The notes under the pieces were generated by a model. It saw only the letters and a list, made by a program, of their open reading frames with translations, had not been told where the DNA came from and made no database searches. A stretch of 53,763 bases of DNA from assembly GCF_004010195.1 (NCBI RefSeq), contig NC_057757.1, positions 6,386,879 to 6,440,641 of the forward strand, read 5' to 3'. Position numbers and translations under genes: made by a program. The stretch comes from Chiloscyllium plagiosum (lineage: Eukaryota). This document shows positions 50,279 to 53,763 of this stretch, piece by piece; within the stretch, counting starts at the first letter, position 1; each line of letters opens with the position of its first letter.

Positions 50279-50929
50279 CACTTCCATTCACATAGTGCCT
50301 CAGGATGTTAGTGAAGTACTTCTAAAATGCAGAACTGGCCAAAGAGAGGCAGTGGGGTGTCTTTCACGCACTGGAGAGGGTGACTGGGCTTTAGTTACCA
50401 TCCCATTGACGGCACTGCCAGTCCTGCCCTGGTCATGTGACTTAGGAGTTGGCCATTTGACCCCTCTGCCTTTCAGTAAGGTCATGCTGATCTAACTTCA
50501 GCTTCATTCCGTTTTACTCCTGATCAGTGTTGGACTCCTTCGTCAGTCTGTTCTCTCCCAGAAGGGGATGGATATATCCTCTAAGCCCACCCAGTCAGGT
50601 CTCCTATCTCTCCCTTACTTTCTCCTGTGAGAGTGGTGCCACTGAGCTAGACCTTTGCATGAACAGCAGCAGGCCCTGTTCAATGGCTGCTCTGTATCTG
50701 AACTCGCATCAATCTCCCTTGAGTCCACATCCTTTGTTATTGCTTTATCTAAGTAAGTATATCTCTGATTTGAAATGACTAACTGAGCTGCAGCCTCATG
50801 CCTTTTCACGAGAGTGAGTTCCTCAATTCTACCACCCAAAGAAGTGTTTTCTAACTTTCCTGCTGTACAGGGGCATGGATTTTAAAACAGGGGGGAGTCC
50901 CCGGAAACTTTCACGCCATTGTGCATATT

Positions 50930-51555
50930 GCCTTGTTCTCTCTGTCTCTCTCTCTCGATCTGTGTCTCGCTTGTGCTCTCACTGTCTGACTTGCTCTCTC
51001 TTATCTGTCTCTCACTCACACTCTCTATCTCACTCGTGCATTCTCTCTGTCTAACTCGCTCGCGCTCCCTCTCTGTCTCTTGTTTGCTCTGTCTCTTGCT
51101 GCAATTCTGTCAGTCGCTTGCACTCTCTGTCTCTTGCTCTGTCTGTCTCTCGCCCTCTGTCTCTTGCCCTCTGTCTCTCTTGCTCTCTCTCTGTCTTTCT
51201 CACTCCCTCTCTGTCTGTCTCTCTCTCCCTCTCTCTCTCACTCACTCACTCCTTCCCTCTCTGTCTCTCTCGCTGTCTCTCTCTCACTCCCTCTCTCTCT
51301 GTCTGTCTCTCTCACTTCCTCTCTGTCTCTCACTCCCTTTCTGTCACTCTCTCACTCTCTGTCTCTCGCTCTCTCACTCTGTCTGTCTCTCTCACTCCCT
51401 CTCTGTCTCTCTCTCGCTCTCTCCCTGTCTGTCTCTCTCTCACTCCCTCTCTGTCTCTTACTCCCTCTCTGTCTCTCACTCTCTGTCTCTCTCTCACTCC
51501 CTCTCAGTCTCTCTCTCACTCTCTCTGTCTCTTGCTCTCTCTCTGTCTCTCTGTG
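50930..51555. repeat. CT-rich compound microsatellite
   Basis: CTCT/CTGT/CTCA repeats. Confidence 0.95.
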
Positions 51556-51671
51556 ACTGAGTGATGGAGTTTTAATGCCCCATTGTACAATGGTGGTGGC
51601 TTGTGTTCAGTTGGAGGGGGGATGAACGGCCGTGGGACTTGGCTAACCCAGTGCTCAAAGCACTAAGTAAC

Positions 51672-52120
51672 TTGGATTTGATTTATCATTGTCCCATGTA
51701 TCGAGGTACAGTGAAAGGCTTGGTTCTGTGTGCAGTACAGGCAGCTCATACCATACAGAGTGTATTAGGGTGATAGAACAGAGCGAGGAATACAATGTTA
51801 TGGCTGCAGAGAAAGTGCACAGAGACCGAGGGCAACATTAAAATTAACATCTGAGAGGTCAATTCAGAAGTCTAATAACAGTGAGGAAGAAGCTGTTCTT
51901 GAATCTGTTGGTACGTGTTTTGTACCTTCTGTCTGACAGAAGCGGTTGGAATGGATTATAACCGGGGCTGGAAGGGGTCATTGATGATGTTGGCTGCAGT
52001 CCCGAGGCAGTGGGATTTACAGATGCGGTCAGTGAATGGGAGGCTGGCTTGTGTTCTCGGGATGTGGGGGGAGTGCCATGCAGAACTGTGCTCTGGGTTC
52101 CAGCCGTGGGCTGCCGGCAA
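51672..52120 (-). mobile_element. Rex1/Babar-type LINE 3' fragment
   Basis: PGYNPFQPLLSDRRYKTRTNRFKNSFFLTVIRLLN; homologous to 21560-22045. Confidence 0.75.
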
Positions 52121-52204
52121 TTTGCAGCTCTGCTAATCTCCGTGTCCCCCACCCCCGCCTCATTACTCCAAGCCCTAGGTGGTTACCCGCAGCATTGCAG
52201 GAAG

Positions 52205-52521
52205 TGTGTGTGTCTGTAAATCTGTGTGTGTGTGTGTCTGTGTGTGTGAGAGAGAGAGTGTGTGGGTGGGTGTGTTTGTGTGAGAGTGTGTGTGCATGTC
52301 GGTGCGTGTGGTGTGTGTCTGTGTGTGAGAGTGTCTCTGTATCTGTGTATGGGTGTTCAGTGAGTGTGCACCTGTAAGTCTGTGTTTGTGTCTTTGAGTG
52401 AATGTCTGTGAGTGTGCGTCTATGTATGTGTTTGTGAGTGTCTTTGTGAGTGTGTTTCTGTGTGTGTGTGTTTCTGTGTATGTGTGTGTTTCTGTGTATG
52501 TGCGTGTGTGTCTGTGTGTGT
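52205..52521. repeat. GT-rich compound microsatellite
   Basis: (GT)n with interruptions. Confidence 0.95.
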
Positions 52522-52633
52522 AAAGGGGGTAGGTTTCCAGCTCCCCTCTCCCTGGTGTGTGTCCCGTTCTGTTCTGCTCCCACTGACGTGTCCCTGTTTC
52601 TTGTCTCTCTTCCCCCTCCACCCCCACCCGCAG

Positions 52634-52685
52634 TGGTTCCAGCAGCAGCATGGTCGCCATCGACAACAAGATCGAACAGGCCATG
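52634..52685 (+). CDS. TSC22D: Internal exon of a TSC22 domain family gene (TSC22D4-like): (S)GSSSMVAIDNKIEQAM
   Basis: Polypyrimidine tract ending ccgcAG, donor ATG|GTaaga, 52 bp; VAIDNKIEQAM is the start of the TSC box; paralog not certain. Confidence 0.93.
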
Positions 52686-53614
52686 GTAAGATGGCTGAGC
52701 CATTCCTCATGGGTTTTATCCTGTCCCCCCTGGGGCATGGCTGGGACGAGACCACTTCTGCTGCCCGTCCCTAGTTGCCCCTTGAACCGAGTGGCTCTCC
52801 TGGCCTGTTTCAGAGGGCAGTGTGGAGTCAGGTGTAGGGTAGACCCGGGTGAGGGCAGCAGATTCCTTCCCGGCACGGGGCACCAGCCAATCGGATAGGT
52901 TTTCCTGACGACCAACCGCATCACGGTCTCTCAGTCCCACTGGTTTGTTTTATTTGTTCAAATGTCCGTTCCCCCCCCAGCCTCCGTGCTGGGGTCGCTC
53001 GTCCGACCTCGGCTACCTGCACCTCCCCGGTGGCAGGGTGAACTTTGCATTGAGGTGGCGCCTTGCTCATCCTGAAGTGGGCTGTGTGTCGCCGTGCAGT
53101 CAGGCCCAGCAGTTTGACGTCAGCCTGGAGCTTGTTCCCCCCCGGCCTGTGTGCGCCTCAGGCCAGGCTGCAGGAAGCCTGAGGCCCGAGGAGTCAGGCC
53201 TGTGTGGGCCCCAGTGCCCACTCCAGTTCCCTGAGCCCCGGTGCCGTCACTCAGAGAAGGCCTGCCTCTTTGTTGAGCTGCGTTGGGCAGGTGGATCGAA
53301 GCAGGAGTAGACCATTCAACCCCTCGAGCCTGTTCCACCACGTAGTGGCTGATCTGCGGCCTACCTCCGTCAACCTGCCTTTGGCCTGTAGGCCTTCATT
53401 TCCTCACTGATCTGAAGCTCCTCAGCCTCCGATTTTGAAATCTGGCCTTTGTGTGTGAGGATTGGTTCCTAACGTCTCTCCTGAGTGGGCTGGGCCCAAT
53501 ACTGAATGTGCCCCCTCGTTCCCGAGACTCCCATCTGAGTGGGAAAGGGTTTCTCTATTTGCCCTTTCCCGTTCTTGTATGTCATTCCAGGGTGTCTGAG
53601 AGAGACATGGTCCT

Positions 53615-53763
53615 TCCTCCCTCTCACACCCCACATCGTTCCCCCCTCCTTTCTCTCTCCCCATGGTCCCTCGCTCTCACTGTCCTCCAGTCTCCCCCTT
53701 CGTCCCTCCTCTCTCTCTCCCCCCAATCATCCCTCCTCTCTCTCTCTCCCCCATCATCCCTCC
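53615..53763. repeat. Pyrimidine-rich low-complexity tract
   Basis: CCCT/CTCT repeats to the window end. Confidence 0.85.

Noticed and set aside
52650..52898. 82-aa ORF MVAIDNKIEQAMVRWL... as a complete gene
   Set aside because: Similarity stops at the GTAAG donor (52686); the rest is intron and SINE read-through
50919..52924. Ser/Leu-rich, Val/Cys-rich and His/Thr-rich ORFs
   Set aside because: Microsatellite translations; only the 52-bp TSC22D exon is supported

Overview
Repeat-dominated eukaryotic DNA from a cartilaginous fish, inferred from HE1-type SINEs and CR1/HER1 LINEs; a carpet shark is likely. Most of the window is decayed retroelement sequence: CR1, Penelope-like elements with hammerhead-ribozyme cores, Rex1/Babar, Tx1, solo LTRs, and a ~9.9 kb LTR element. 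That element has a tRNA-Leu PBS, a PPT and an env-like remnant, and hosts a full-length L1. A 31-bp satellite runs into a 500-N gap, and the sequence to the right of the gap is visibly more GC-rich. Host-gene signals are a 52-bp TSC22D-family exon (+ strand, 52634-52685) and two minus-strand exons absent from the ORF track (41336-41428 and 36523-36609). Those two exons splice in frame to a peptide resembling the fungal DASH/Dam1 kinetochore subunit Dad1, which is the most unexpected observation. A second highlight is serial insertion of poly(A)-tailed segments, at least two of them Tx1-like 3' ends, at the same TATA-box site of a solo LTR (14.1-14.85 kb). All family assignments come from reading the sequence by eye and from recalled protein sequences; no database search was run.
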